A DNA stretch of 32,000 bases from Hyperthermus butylicus DSM 5456 (GCF_000015145.1 NC_008818.1:1635164-1667163); one strand, 5' to 3'. Positions 1-9,033 are shown, counted from the stretch's first letter. Notes: a model not told the origin generated them from the letters alone. Made by a program: numbers and translations.

Positions 1-1162
1 CAAAGTCTATCTCCTTCACTATTGCCAACCCTTTTTCCTCGCCATCACTGCCAACCAGGGAGGCTAGAGCATTTACTGCGAGGTTTATGTCTAGTATGTA
101 GACTTGCTTTTGCAAAGTCTGCGATGCTTTCTCAAGATTCTGCGGGTTCGGTTGACCGTTGGTGACAACGTATACCGTGTCGTAGGTCTCACTAGCAGCT
201 ATAACCGGCACCTGGAGAATCTGAGCCAGCCTTGCCGCCTGCTGAGGTGGCAACCTTTCTCCGCTAAAGAAACAAGAGCCCATTATTGAGACTGAATCTA
301 TGTATATCATTCTCTCGTAGAGGGGCTCAAGATATCTACGATAAGCTTCTCTACGTAGGCTCCTCCTCTCTACTCTATCTCTCTCACGCCTAACACTCGG
401 CATTGGTAATAGCGTAACGCCACATGGGATACCCGCGAATACATGTCTAACCATCGCATAGAGCTTCTGGTCTCCTATAACGAATACTGCTGATACCCCC
501 GTGTAGCGCGCAATCTCAGCCTTGTACTCTATCGAGTTTAGCCCTTGAACCCAGCCATCGGTATCTATTGCTATTACCTCTGCGCCACGGCTGAGGAGCC
601 GGTGTACTAGCTCCACGACTGCTGCTACTATCCGGCGCTCGCTACGCTGTGGCGTTATGTTGCCTATGAACCTTATGTGGTCTGCTCTGAGTTCCCGGAG
701 CCAGAGTATAGGCTTATCCACTAGAGCCGCTGAGACAGACGCTGGTGGGCCTACATCCGCTTGTCCGACATCAGCATCTACTACTCCTACCCTAAATCCG
801 TAAAGTAGTGCCCGGTTTACCACTAGTGCAGTAAGGCTAGACTTGCCAGCATCTGTAGGACCCAGGACCATTACTCTTTTACAACCACGTCTCAGTGTGC
901 TATCTACAGCCGAGACCCACGCGTCGAGAACTTCCTCGCCTGGTTGAGGGCTCTCGACGGCTGCGCCGGCACCAAGCTCTACTTCAACAATGCTATCGTC
1001 TAGTGCTTTAACGCCATAGCTACGGTAGCTGTGTATGCTGAATTCGGCGCCGGCACCGAATATTGCGCCTAGAACCATGACTTGTCCCGATGCTACGCGT
1101 GCTCTCGCTGGACCCACGATTCTTACTATCCTGCCTGGCTCCATGTAGAGCCTCATCCTCAT
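1..1162 (-). CDS. Clp1/Nol9-type polynucleotide 5'-hydroxyl-kinase-like P-loop protein (partial, 3' end beyond the window; absent from the ORF track)
   Basis: Manual minus-strand translation from ATG at 1162: MRMRLYMEPGRIVRIVGPARARVASGQVMVLG...VMVLGPTDAGKSSLTALVVNRALLYGFRVGVVDADVGQADVGPP. It stays open to base 1. Walker A GPTDAGKSS and the DxDxGQxDxGPP signature are typical of Clp1/GRC3-like kinases. A GAGGGTGA ribosome-binding-like stretch lies just upstream of the ATG. Confidence 0.85.
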   Translation of the reverse strand, partial: MRMRLYMEPGRIVRIVGPARARVASGQVMVLGAIFGAGAEFSIHSYRSYGVKALDDSIVEVELGAGAAVESPQPGEEVLDAWVSAVDSTLRRGCKRVMVLGPTDAGKSSLTALVVNRALLYGFRVGVVDADVGQADVGPPASVSAALVDKPILWLRELRADHIRFIGNITPQRSERRIVAAVVELVHRLLSRGAEVIAIDTDGWVQGLNSIEYKAEIARYTGVSAVFVIGDQKLYAMVRHVFAGIPCGVTLLPMPSVRRERDRVERRSLRREAYRRYLEPLYERMIYIDSVSIMGSCFFSGERLPPQQAARLAQILQVPVIAASETYDTVYVVTNGQPNPQNLEKASQTLQKQVYILDINLAVNALASLVGSDGEEKGLAIVKEIDF

Positions 1163-1856
1163 ATTGTTCACCCTCTACCAGCCATGTGTTCTCCAGTACT
1201 CTGTGCATCTTCGTATAGACGCGTAAAGCTATCTGTATAGCTGCCAACACGTCATCGTTAACTGCATCACTTGCACCCTTGAGCCCATAGGCTCTAAAAA
1301 TATTTGACTCGTACTCGTCTACCAGGTATACCCTTTCGCTACACTTGAGCAACTTACCACGTATACTTAGAGCCTCCTCGTAGACTGCCGGCGATGCACC
1401 TATACCTGCGACAAGCTCCCTATGTGTCCTCAGGGCGCTGCATATGTTTGCTAGTAGGTTCCCCTTATTCGCCTCGACCCCCGCTAGAAGCACCGATCCC
1501 GCAGCCAACACCGCATAGGCGATGCGCGTTGCACCAACGTCAATACCTATGCTGGCCTCGCGCACTCTCCACAAAGCCTTAACGATGCTTAAGGCTGTGC
1601 CTATAGTGTTCTCCTTAGCATCCGTCGGGTCTACGTAGAGAACACGGCATCTCGAACCATGCTCCCACATCCCTAGACGAATGCTGCCACGCTCCACAAT
1701 GATTATGTCACGTCCTCCACAGCTTGGTGGAGCATTCGGGATAACATACTCTATCTGCAGGAGCTTAGCTATGCGAGCCACTAGCCTCACTATCTCCGGG
1801 CTAGACGCCCACACTATTATCCTGCTGGTAGTCCCTACTGTTTTAATCCCGGACAA
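1020..1856 (-). CDS. Conserved hypothetical crenarchaeal protein (possible RNase H-fold segment, IGIDVGATRIAYAVL)
   Basis: 278-aa ORF. The last ~47 codons overlap the Clp1-like gene in another frame, so the C-terminus is uncertain. Confidence 0.6.
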   Translation of the reverse strand: MSGIKTVGTTSRIIVWASSPEIVRLVARIAKLLQIEYVIPNAPPSCGGRDIIIVERGSIRLGMWEHGSRCRVLYVDPTDAKENTIGTALSIVKALWRVREASIGIDVGATRIAYAVLAAGSVLLAGVEANKGNLLANICSALRTHRELVAGIGASPAVYEEALSIRGKLLKCSERVYLVDEYESNIFRAYGLKGASDAVNDDVLAAIQIALRVYTKMHRVLENTWLVEGEQYEDEALHGARQDSKNRGSSESTRSIGTSHGSRRNIRCRRRIQHTQLP

Positions 1857-1888
1857 CCCCCTGGTGCTGGTTCTCCTGGGAGGCTTAT

Positions 1889-2491
1889 GTGGCTATATGC
1901 AGAAGGCTGCTGAGGGCCATAGAGTGGCCTACAACACTACTGGTATATGGGCCTGCAGGGAGCGGAAAGACCCTCCTAGCTCTCGAGCTTACAGCGCACC
2001 AGTGTAGAAGCGGAAAATGCCTGTACATAACTACTGAAGGTGTACAGTTTCTCGAGAGGGCAGCAAAGCTGAAACTTAGTGCTGACCAGCTAGTGGTGCT
2101 CCAGGTCTTTGACTACCTTGACCTACTACATATTGTTAATCTACGCCAGCTGCCACTCTATAATATCGTTGTTCTTGACTCTGTAAGCAGTATAGCACGT
2201 GAAGGCTCCGAAGAGGCCTTGAGAACCTTATCTCTGGTTTCAGCACTTCTATACCGCGTGTACGAAGAATACATGGTTCCAATACTGTATACCGCACAGC
2301 TATCCTGGAAGCCAGGAGAAGGCGAGAAGCCTTCTGGAATAAAGCCTCTAAGCCTGTGGCTTAGAGCTATAGCTCGACTTGAACGCGTTGGGCAGAGATA
2401 TAGGCTTATCATCGAGGAGCCAGAGCATAACCGCGGATGGGAGTTCAGCTACAGAATTACGGAGCGGGGACTTGTATGGCTCAATTGTTAA
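1889..2491 (+). CDS. RecA/RadB-like P-loop ATPase
   Basis: LLVYGPAGSGKTLLALELTAHQC (Walker A) and YNIVVLDSVSSIAREG (Walker B-like). GTG start at 1889; the true N-terminus is uncertain. Confidence 0.75.
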   Translation: MAICRRLLRAIEWPTTLLVYGPAGSGKTLLALELTAHQCRSGKCLYITTEGVQFLERAAKLKLSADQLVVLQVFDYLDLLHIVNLRQLPLYNIVVLDSVSSIAREGSEEALRTLSLVSALLYRVYEEYMVPILYTAQLSWKPGEGEKPSGIKPLSLWLRAIARLERVGQRYRLIIEEPEHNRGWEFSYRITERGLVWLNC

Positions 2492-2982
2492 CCCCTCTAG
2501 AGTCCATACTTGCTATCATTCCCGCACTAGCAGCTAATGGTGCACCCGTCCTGCTAAAATACCATGGAACACCAATTGACGGTGGCAAACGCTTCCTGGA
2601 TGGAAGGCCGGTTCTAGGCCCGGGAAAAACTTGGGAGGGACTGGCAACCGGAATTCTCTACGGCTCAGTTATAGCCCTACTAGCTGCCAGTGCTACCTGC
2701 AACCCCAAACTCTACGCTGCAGGTGTATTTGCAAGCATAGGCGCCATGCTCGGGGACATGCTGGGAGCCTTTATTAAGAGGAGGCTTGGCCTGGAGAGGG
2801 GTGCTCCAGCACCGCTACTCGACCAGCTGGACTTCTATAGTGGTGCTCTACTAGCACTCTACGCTGCAGGATACGTAGTGCACCCAGCTGTAGCACTCAC
2901 ATTCACACCAATAGTAATTGCGCTCCACAGGTTAACAAACATGGCCGCTAATAGGCTGAGACTGAAACCTGTGCCATGGTAG
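2476..2982 (+). CDS. carS: CDP-archaeol synthase (DUF46 family)
   Basis: PALAANGAPVLLKYHGTPIDGGKRFLDGRPVLGPGKTWEG and GAMLGDMLGAFIKRRLGLERGAPAPLLDQLDF are characteristic of CarS. The track starts at 2437, but ATG 2476 (MAQLLTPLESI) is more plausible. Confidence 0.9.
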   Translation: MAQLLTPLESILAIIPALAANGAPVLLKYHGTPIDGGKRFLDGRPVLGPGKTWEGLATGILYGSVIALLAASATCNPKLYAAGVFASIGAMLGDMLGAFIKRRLGLERGAPAPLLDQLDFYSGALLALYAAGYVVHPAVALTFTPIVIALHRLTNMAANRLRLKPVPW

Positions 2983-3002
2983 GAATCGAGCAGCTATTGT
3001 TG

Positions 3003-3182
3003 CTAGGCTTGACTCTCGCTGCGCGGTATTAGTCCCGCAAGCATCTTCATCCTATAGCGATATACTACATACTTGTCCTCGGGGGAGAAGCGTGGCGGAT
3101 GCGGTACAGCTACGGGGCCCCCACAGACTGGGCAGCGGTCACGTTGCAGCGTGTACCTGCCACAGACTGTACACTTCCTCAT
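3003..3182 (-). CDS. nop10: H/ACA ribonucleoprotein component Nop10
   Basis: MRKCTVCGRYTLQRDRCPVCGGPVAVPHPPRFSPEDKYVVYRYRMK matches the Nop10 signature (zinc ribbon plus HPPRFSPEDxYxxYR). The track start at 3203 adds seven residues. Confidence 0.95.
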   Translation of the reverse strand: MRKCTVCGRYTLQRDRCPVCGGPVAVPHPPRFSPEDKYVVYRYRMKMLAGLIPRSESQA

Positions 3183-3209
3183 GAGCCACTGCACGGGGTT
3201 CACCCGGGC

Positions 3210-4013
3210 TTACTGCTTCTCCCTCGTAAAGCTAAACTCTACACCCAAGCTCTTAGCAGTCTCCTCACCCTCCTCAAGAGCCTTAGCTAACGCCTTCTCA
3301 AGCGTCTTATAGTCGTATGCTTCCAACTCAAGCCTATACCTTGGTGCTCCTACAGTGTATAGTTTAACCTTTATGTCGGGAGACGAGTTCTCAATAGCAT
3401 CTTTCACTGTTAGCAACACCTTTTTAACTCTCTCAATACCATCGCCAGCCAGACTTCTAACAGTGAGAACGCCAGCTATCTTTACACGCTTAACCTCCAC
3501 ATGCCTCTTAATTTCCTCAAGTAGCGGTTGAACCCACTCCTCTGGGACTCCTGCCTCGCGCAACGCTTGCTCGCCGCGAATGACAACCTCCTCAAAGGCT
3601 GCCATGAGTTCTCCATAGTAGTCCTCAAGCTTCTTCCCCACAGCCTCATAGGCCTCCTCGAGGCTCTTACCGAGCTTTTGCGCGACCAGCTCTAGTATCC
3701 TCTCAGCTTTCTGAGCTCTTTTCCATTCCATCATCTTCCTGCGGCGTTCGCTATCGGTTACACGTTTTAGCGAGACGTCAACCTGCTTTTTCCTCTTGTT
3801 AACCCTTATAACCTTGACAACTATCTTCTGACCAGGCTTAACAACATCGTGTATGCTGCGAACCCAACGGGAAGCAACCTCGCTCCATGGCAGGTATGCC
3901 TCGAGACCACCGTATTCGTCGAGTGTAAGGTATGCACCGTAGTCGTATACCTCCTTTACAGTCGCAACCACGAGTTCTCCCACGTCTGGCAGCTCCTTCC
4001 TCTGAATCGGCAC
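3210..4013 (-). CDS. eif2a: Translation initiation factor aIF2 subunit alpha
   Basis: N-terminal S1 domain (GELVVATVKEVYDYGAYLTLDEYGGLEAYLPWSEVASRW) and full-length aIF2-alpha architecture. Adjacent to nop10 and rps27e. Confidence 0.95.
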   Translation of the reverse strand: MPIQRKELPDVGELVVATVKEVYDYGAYLTLDEYGGLEAYLPWSEVASRWVRSIHDVVKPGQKIVVKVIRVNKRKKQVDVSLKRVTDSERRRKMMEWKRAQKAERILELVAQKLGKSLEEAYEAVGKKLEDYYGELMAAFEEVVIRGEQALREAGVPEEWVQPLLEEIKRHVEVKRVKIAGVLTVRSLAGDGIERVKKVLLTVKDAIENSSPDIKVKLYTVGAPRYRLELEAYDYKTLEKALAKALEEGEETAKSLGVEFSFTREKQ

Positions 4014-4115
4014 CCTGTTTCACCGAGAAAGCTGGATAGAGAGCTGGGAGCCCTAAAATATTGGATGCGTATCCGTAGCTGAGACTAAAACCCAGACTAG
4101 AGGAGGCGGTAGTAC

Positions 4116-4316
4116 TTAGCCTAGGACACGTACCACCTGGCCAAGTATCTTAGCCTTACCTCCTGTTGGTTCTACTAGCTGTGCTCCACACACAAGGCAT
4201 CTCGCTGGGAATGTTGCATGGCTGAATATCACTTGCTCATTACCGCAAACCGGGCATCTCACTAGGAGGAACCTGCTACGCGGCTGTGGTACTAGTATCT
4301 TGAACTTACTGACCAT
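4116..4316 (-). CDS. rps27e: 30S ribosomal protein S27e
   Basis: [46 protein letters not shown], the S27e zinc finger. Confidence 0.95.
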   Translation of the reverse strand: MVSKFKILVPQPRSRFLLVRCPVCGNEQVIFSHATFPARCLVCGAQLVEPTGGKAKILGQVVRVLG

Positions 4317-4317
4317 G

Positions 4318-4605
4318 CTAGTGCCTCACCTCCACCAGCTCTACCTTCTTGAGCCTAATACCCCGGCGGTGTAGTATGTAACCACACTTCTGACACTTAA
4401 GCTTTAATACTATCTTCTTTGTAACTTTCGCGAAGCGCTTCTGCTCCGGCTTCCTCTTGCTACCATAACCCTCTTGCTTTCTCCTATACCTCCTCTCGCC
4501 CTCAGCTAGGCTACGTCTCTTGCCATGCTTATATACCGTAACACTGTGCTGTGTATGTGTACGGCATCGGGGACAATACGTTATAATGACCTTTGGCACC
4601 TTCAT
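4318..4605 (-). CDS. rpl44e: 50S ribosomal protein L44e
   Basis: [75 protein letters not shown]. Confidence 0.97.
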   Translation of the reverse strand: MKVPKVIITYCPRCRTHTQHSVTVYKHGKRRSLAEGERRYRRKQEGYGSKRKPEQKRFAKVTKKIVLKLKCQKCGYILHRRGIRLKKVELVEVRH

Positions 4606-4675
4606 GGCCTAGCCGCCTCGTAGACTCCCCTAGCGTGCCCATCACACCCTAGGCAAAACCCGCCTTAAAACCCTA

Positions 4676-5137
4676 CTATTGCTCCCGAGCCTCCTTCAGC
4701 CCTGTCTCTACTAGGCGGGCAAACCCCAGCTCAACCAGTCCAAGGGCCTTTATTGTTTCTAGGCACGTGTAGTCACCGCGACGGTAAAGCCTGCCCTCAA
4801 GCTCTACTGAAGCCTCAAAAATTACCGGTGCACAGTTTGTTGAACCAAAGTACAGTGCAGAGGCCAAACCTCGGTATGCATTTGCTTTCTCACTACTAAA
4901 TCCTAGAAGCTTGAGAGCAGCTGCAGCTGTATCGGCTACCGCGCTGACGATATTCATGTAGTTCTCGACTATGCTCGGCAGGCTGATAGCTCTCCTATCA
5001 AGAAGTGTTGAAGATATACCTTCATGCAACGCTTCTACTATGGCTGAGGCAAGTTTTCCATCACGTCTATCAATTAGATCTCCTAGGAGCCTCACAGCAC
5101 GCTGTAGCATGTACTCCTCCGCCATCGTACTATTCAC
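4676..5137 (-). CDS. Hypothetical protein in the PriS-L44e interval
   Basis: 153-aa ORF in operon-like spacing between priS and rpl44e. No family recognised by eye. Confidence 0.7.
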   Translation of the reverse strand: MNSTMAEEYMLQRAVRLLGDLIDRRDGKLASAIVEALHEGISSTLLDRRAISLPSIVENYMNIVSAVADTAAAALKLLGFSSEKANAYRGLASALYFGSTNCAPVIFEASVELEGRLYRRGDYTCLETIKALGLVELGFARLVETGLKEAREQ

Positions 5138-5151
5138 CTCCCTCTGCCAGC

Positions 5152-6294
5152 CTACTGGGCTAGGACTGCCACACCCTTAGCCATTAAGTATACAGCTACT
5201 GGGGCAGGAAGGCGGGGGCTATCACCCTCGCGTAGCTTCAGTCTATTACCCAATATGGTCACCGAGCTAGGGAGACTCGTAACAACACGTATCCTCACTG
5301 GGGGCTCGCGTGCAAAGGGTGAAAGCGTCTCATCTACTACGAACTCGTCTAGCTCATCAACAGTAACTGGTTTTACTAGGAGACCCGTCTTGCCGTTTAT
5401 GCTGTAGGGTACACGTATAAGCCGCTTAACATCAACGGAAACTTGCTCGTCAATCTCGACACCTATGAGCTGGCGAGCCTTATCCTCGTATTCTCTAAGT
5501 TCCTCACTATAAGTTGTAGAGGGACCCTCCACAGCCTTTACAATATCTATAGCGCCGTCGCGGAGTGCTAGGCGTCGTATAATCCTTGCAACCCTACCCC
5601 TCGCACCCGCAAGCTGAACGTTTGGCGGTATGGGTATAGGCTTCCCCCTCCTCACCTGCAGCATTGTCCATGGCTCAAGTACGTCGGCACGGAGACCGAG
5701 AGCCTTAACATAGTTTACTATTTCACGCCTAACATCTGATCCCGCCTTTGCATAATCATCGAAGTCGTCAAGGTATACTGTTACGTGGAACCCTCTATGC
5801 CCCGAAAACTCTATAGCTATGCGGGACTTGTCAAAGCCCAACTCGTAGACAAGTATGTCGTACAATATTTGTGCTCTGAGAGCAGCAGCCCTCATGCATA
5901 ATGCCTCTTCTATAAAGCTAGTCTTCCCCTCAATACCACCGTCAACCTCTACTATGCTGCCACTACATTCCGGCAAATGATCTGCGTCAATATCAAATGT
6001 TAGGTCAGCCGAGCGCCACCCCTTAGCATCCATGTCGTCTGCGCCAGGCTGGTCGTAGCGTGCTGAGGAATAGTAGAAGTGCCGTGGCGCTTTCTCGACT
6101 AGTAGCCTATGTACAGCCTCTGTACTCGCGAATGAGAGGTGCCGTAGATAGCTCTTACCTGTCCAGGTCTGGAGAGCAAACTCGCGTAGGCTAAAGTCTC
6201 CGGGTAGTTTGACACGCGCCCTCTCATAGTACTTGCGGGTTAGGTGTTCTAGGAACCTGCGTGTCCTCATTACGGGATCCTGGCTTCGCGGCAT
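5152..6294 (-). CDS. priS: DNA primase small (catalytic) subunit PriS
   Basis: REFALQTWTGKSYLRHLSF, SADLTFDIDADHLP (catalytic DxD) and IEFSGHRGFHVTVY. Confidence 0.96.
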   Translation of the reverse strand: MPRSQDPVMRTRRFLEHLTRKYYERARVKLPGDFSLREFALQTWTGKSYLRHLSFASTEAVHRLLVEKAPRHFYYSSARYDQPGADDMDAKGWRSADLTFDIDADHLPECSGSIVEVDGGIEGKTSFIEEALCMRAAALRAQILYDILVYELGFDKSRIAIEFSGHRGFHVTVYLDDFDDYAKAGSDVRREIVNYVKALGLRADVLEPWTMLQVRRGKPIPIPPNVQLAGARGRVARIIRRLALRDGAIDIVKAVEGPSTTYSEELREYEDKARQLIGVEIDEQVSVDVKRLIRVPYSINGKTGLLVKPVTVDELDEFVVDETLSPFAREPPVRIRVVTSLPSSVTILGNRLKLREGDSPRLPAPVAVYLMAKGVAVLAQ

Positions 6295-6297
6295 GCG

Positions 6298-7038
6298 CTA
6301 GTCTACCCTCGGTGCTATGAGGAAGCTGAATTTTGCCCCTTGCTGGAGTTCATGCTCTATGAGAGCGGGCATGTCGCTGCTAAACTTTATCGTTATAGTG
6401 TCTGCAACCCTAGCAGCACCGGATAGATCGCTGAAGTATTCGAGCGTATAGCTGGCCTGCTGCGTATCCTCAACCTCCATCTCTATGATGCTACCGCTCT
6501 CCCGCGTATAGATTATTTCAGCCTCACCAATATCACTTGAAGAGACTACCTTAAACTCGTCCTGGGATGCTATGAACCTTATAACATCGCCTATAAGCTC
6601 AACATCCTTTATCGCATCGCGATACACGTCACTCATAACTTTCACTATCGCCTTGAACTCTAGCTGTGGCTCGGGAAGCTCCTCAGCAGTAATATCGAGG
6701 AGCGGCAATGTAAACTTCCTATACCCCTTACCTATGAACGCGAACGAGACCGTATTGCCATCAGAAGTTATCTCAAGCTTGTCCTCCTTCGAGGCTCTAC
6801 GTAGAACCTTAGCTACATCCTCAAAGTTTACTCCCAGCTCAACCTTAGAGTCTACCTCGAATACCTCGAAGGAGTCTCGTGGAAATCTCATATTCAACAT
6901 TATGACATGTGATGGGTCCATTGCACGGAAGAGGAAACCCTCCTCGGGATCTACAACGAATACCCCCTCCTCTATAACCTTCGATATAGCTGACACTATG
7001 TACCTCCAAATCCTCGCATCAAAGAATACAAGCTTCAA
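6298..7038 (-). CDS. pcn: DNA polymerase sliding clamp (PCNA)
   Basis: FRAMDPSHVIMLNMRFPRDSFEVFEVDSKVELGVNFEDVAKVLRRA and the C-terminal ...IEHELQQGAKFSFLIAPRV. TTG start. Confidence 0.95.
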   Translation of the reverse strand: MKLVFFDARIWRYIVSAISKVIEEGVFVVDPEEGFLFRAMDPSHVIMLNMRFPRDSFEVFEVDSKVELGVNFEDVAKVLRRASKEDKLEITSDGNTVSFAFIGKGYRKFTLPLLDITAEELPEPQLEFKAIVKVMSDVYRDAIKDVELIGDVIRFIASQDEFKVVSSSDIGEAEIIYTRESGSIIEMEVEDTQQASYTLEYFSDLSGAARVADTITIKFSSDMPALIEHELQQGAKFSFLIAPRVD

Positions 7039-7054
7039 TCCCTATCTACCTCCC

Positions 7055-7330
7055 CTACCTTTCTTCTACACCCGCTACGTTATGTACTTGTTTGAGAGGC
7101 CGATTAGAGCCTGGCCCCACCTCACCCTCCACACGGGCTCTCTTGCACTCTCTAACCAGCGCGTAGGCTTGGGCTAGGCCTGCTTCGGCCAACCGTAGTG
7201 CTCGCTCTATGTGGGGCCTAGAGGATATCACTGGTGGTGTACGGTTGTAGGCCTCGAAAACATCCTCGTATAGCTTGCGTAAGAGCCTATAGAAGAATTC
7301 GTAGTGTATGCACACGTTGCTGCTAGTCAT
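7055..7330 (-). CDS. Small hypothetical protein between TFS and PCNA
   Basis: 91-aa ORF, contiguous with the operon. Confidence 0.55.
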   Translation of the reverse strand: MTSSNVCIHYEFFYRLLRKLYEDVFEAYNRTPPVISSRPHIERALRLAEAGLAQAYALVRECKRARVEGEVGPGSNRPLKQVHNVAGVEER

Positions 7331-7667
7331 ACTCCCTCCACACGTAGCCGCAGCTTACGCATTTGAAGAACCTTGTGGGTGGCTCGTCAGCACGACGGGT
7401 CTGCACAACCCAGACATACGCCTCGTGGTAGCCACACCGTGGGCATACCGCCTTTGTCTTAGGCATTGCCTTCCAGTTTACATTGGGGTCTACAACTACT
7501 ATCCTCTCCTTCTCACTATGCTTTATCTCCTTGCGCAGTACCGCAAGCTGCGCCTCACTAGCCTGGCTAAGCTCTTCAGTATAGCCGCAGCTCGGACAAA
7601 CCCAGACGGTACGGTCGTTAGTCCTCCTCAGCGTCATTAGCGAACCACAGCGCGGGCAGAACTTCAC
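7323..7667 (-). CDS. tfs: Transcription factor S (TFIIS/RpoM-like)
   Basis: MKFCPRCGSLMTLRR...WVCPSCGY and C-terminal CPRCGYHEAYVWVVQTRRADEPPTRFFKCVSCGYVWREYD, two zinc ribbons. Confidence 0.95.
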   Translation of the reverse strand: MKFCPRCGSLMTLRRTNDRTVWVCPSCGYTEELSQASEAQLAVLRKEIKHSEKERIVVVDPNVNWKAMPKTKAVCPRCGYHEAYVWVVQTRRADEPPTRFFKCVSCGYVWREYD

Positions 7668-7742
7668 GGCACACTACACCCCGCTACGCTGTTTTGACCG
7701 GTCTGTAGCTAGCCGGAGAAACTGGGCACTTTTGAGCTAAGC

Positions 7743-8129
7743 TTATGAGTTTTGTTCGCTAGCGTGTGCTAGTAATAGGCTCACACCCCTACATAAATCG
7801 TTTACAAACACGTAGAAACAATCCATGCAGCGCCCAAGGTAGTCTTCGAGTTTCTCAACAGATCTCAAGCCTAGAGCTTGAGCAAGCTCTTGCGGCCATA
7901 CAATTCTAACCTCATATATGAATGTTGAAGATCTAATAGCTCGCAGTAACTCGTCAAGCCTCTCCGAGAAGAATAATGCTTCAACACGCGTGGAGCCTCT
8001 AAACACTAAAGCTATGTGGCCAATATCCCCACAGCTGTGGAAAAGTAGAAGTCTCGATTCAGGCTTTAACTTCACACTTTTCACCGCTTTCAAGGGCCCG
8101 GTCAAACTCTTCGATGAACTTCTTTGCAT
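7743..8129 (-). CDS. Hypothetical protein between RpoL and TFS
   Basis: 128-aa ORF. Its first ~70 nt overlap rpoL (which ends at 8059), so the true start is probably further downstream. Confidence 0.55.
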   Translation of the reverse strand: MQRSSSKSLTGPLKAVKSVKLKPESRLLLFHSCGDIGHIALVFRGSTRVEALFFSERLDELLRAIRSSTFIYEVRIVWPQELAQALGLRSVEKLEDYLGRCMDCFYVFVNDLCRGVSLLLAHASEQNS

Positions 8130-8376
8130 CAGTTATTATGTCCTTGAGAACCTCCTCCAGTACATCTAGCGGATCGCGGCTCCCATCCGTACTTAGCACG
8201 ATCACAGGGTTTGAAACTAGGGGGTGCGATATTATGTAGGAGGCGTAGACTACGCCGGGCTTGCGTATTGCATACTTTGCTATTAGGTTGGCTATTGTTT
8301 GGTCCTCACCCTCCAGCTCAACCTCTATAGTGTTGGCTTCTCGTTTTAGTAGCTTAACCCTGCCAGCCTGCGGCAT
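8059..8376 (-). CDS. rpoL: DNA-directed RNA polymerase subunit L (Rpb11)
   Basis: KREANTIEVELEGEDQTIANLIAKYAIRKPGVVYASYIISHPLVSNPVIVLSTDG. Confidence 0.93.
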   Translation of the reverse strand: MPQAGRVKLLKREANTIEVELEGEDQTIANLIAKYAIRKPGVVYASYIISHPLVSNPVIVLSTDGSRDPLDVLEEVLKDIITDAKKFIEEFDRALESGEKCEVKA

Positions 8377-8382
8377 GGCCTG

Positions 8383-9033
8383 CTACTCACCTAGCTGGTC
8401 TAGTGGAGCCTCAGCCCCCTTAAGAAGTACCGCTATCTTACGTAGCCCGCGGCGCCATTCCTCCCGGAGTTCGATACCCTCCTCTGTTTCTTCGAGTACA
8501 CGGCTGCGAAGCCCATACTCTATAACCTTTTCAGCGGGTTCTTGCAGGCCTGCTGCTAGTGCTGCTATCATCCTCTTAGCTGCCGTACCTTTAACCCTAA
8601 ACCTAAGCTCGTCAATGACCTCCGCTATGGTTCTAGCAACTTCTACAACAACATCTAGCGGCGCATTAGTTGTTATTCTTGACTTGTCGTCGCTGAGTTC
8701 AGCCTTGTAGCCGCGTAGCCTTAACGCATATACTAGTGACTCTGGCGGAAATGTGCGACCAACTTCTCTCACAAGGGCCTCTATGCTGGCCTCCATGCCC
8801 TTTGAGAGTCGATATAGCTCCCAAAGCTCGGAGACTGCTTGACGTACACGATACCATGTGTCCTTGATCTCGTACTCGGTACCGACCACTTCAAGGAATA
8901 GCTTGTTTCCTTGGATACTGATTTCTGCATAGCCTGCCTTGAAAGCTGACGAGACTTTCTCGTAGATCTTCTCCAGGGGGATTCCCGGCGGCAGGTTTAT
9001 CGTGTAAAGCTTCCTCTTTATAACCCTTGGCAA
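8383..9033 (-). CDS. DUF2067 family protein
   Basis: 216-aa ORF with sequence and position (between csl4 and rpoL) consistent with the archaeal DUF2067 family. Confidence 0.75.
   Translation of the reverse strand: MPRVIKRKLYTINLPPGIPLEKIYEKVSSAFKAGYAEISIQGNKLFLEVVGTEYEIKDTWYRVRQAVSELWELYRLSKGMEASIEALVREVGRTFPPESLVYALRLRGYKAELSDDKSRITTNAPLDVVVEVARTIAEVIDELRFRVKGTAAKRMIAALAAGLQEPAEKVIEYGLRSRVLEETEEGIELREEWRRGLRKIAVLLKGAEAPLDQLGE

Noticed and set aside
1394-2412. Antisense ORFs 1394..1582, 1681..2007 and 2158..2412
   Set aside because: Each overlaps a better-supported coding ORF on the opposite strand and shows no recognisable family.
3073-4082. Plus-strand ORFs antisense to nop10/aIF2-alpha (3073..3312, 3099..3290, 3849..4082)
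   Set aside because: Antisense shadows of highly conserved genes.
6572-7640. Plus-strand ORFs 6572..7177 and 7308..7640
   Set aside because: Antisense to PCNA and TFS. The sequences look like shadow translation.
8261-8710. 149-aa plus-strand Ser-rich ORF
   Set aside because: Antisense to rpoL/DUF2067. The Ser-rich composition is typical of the reverse reading of Glu/Arg-rich genes.
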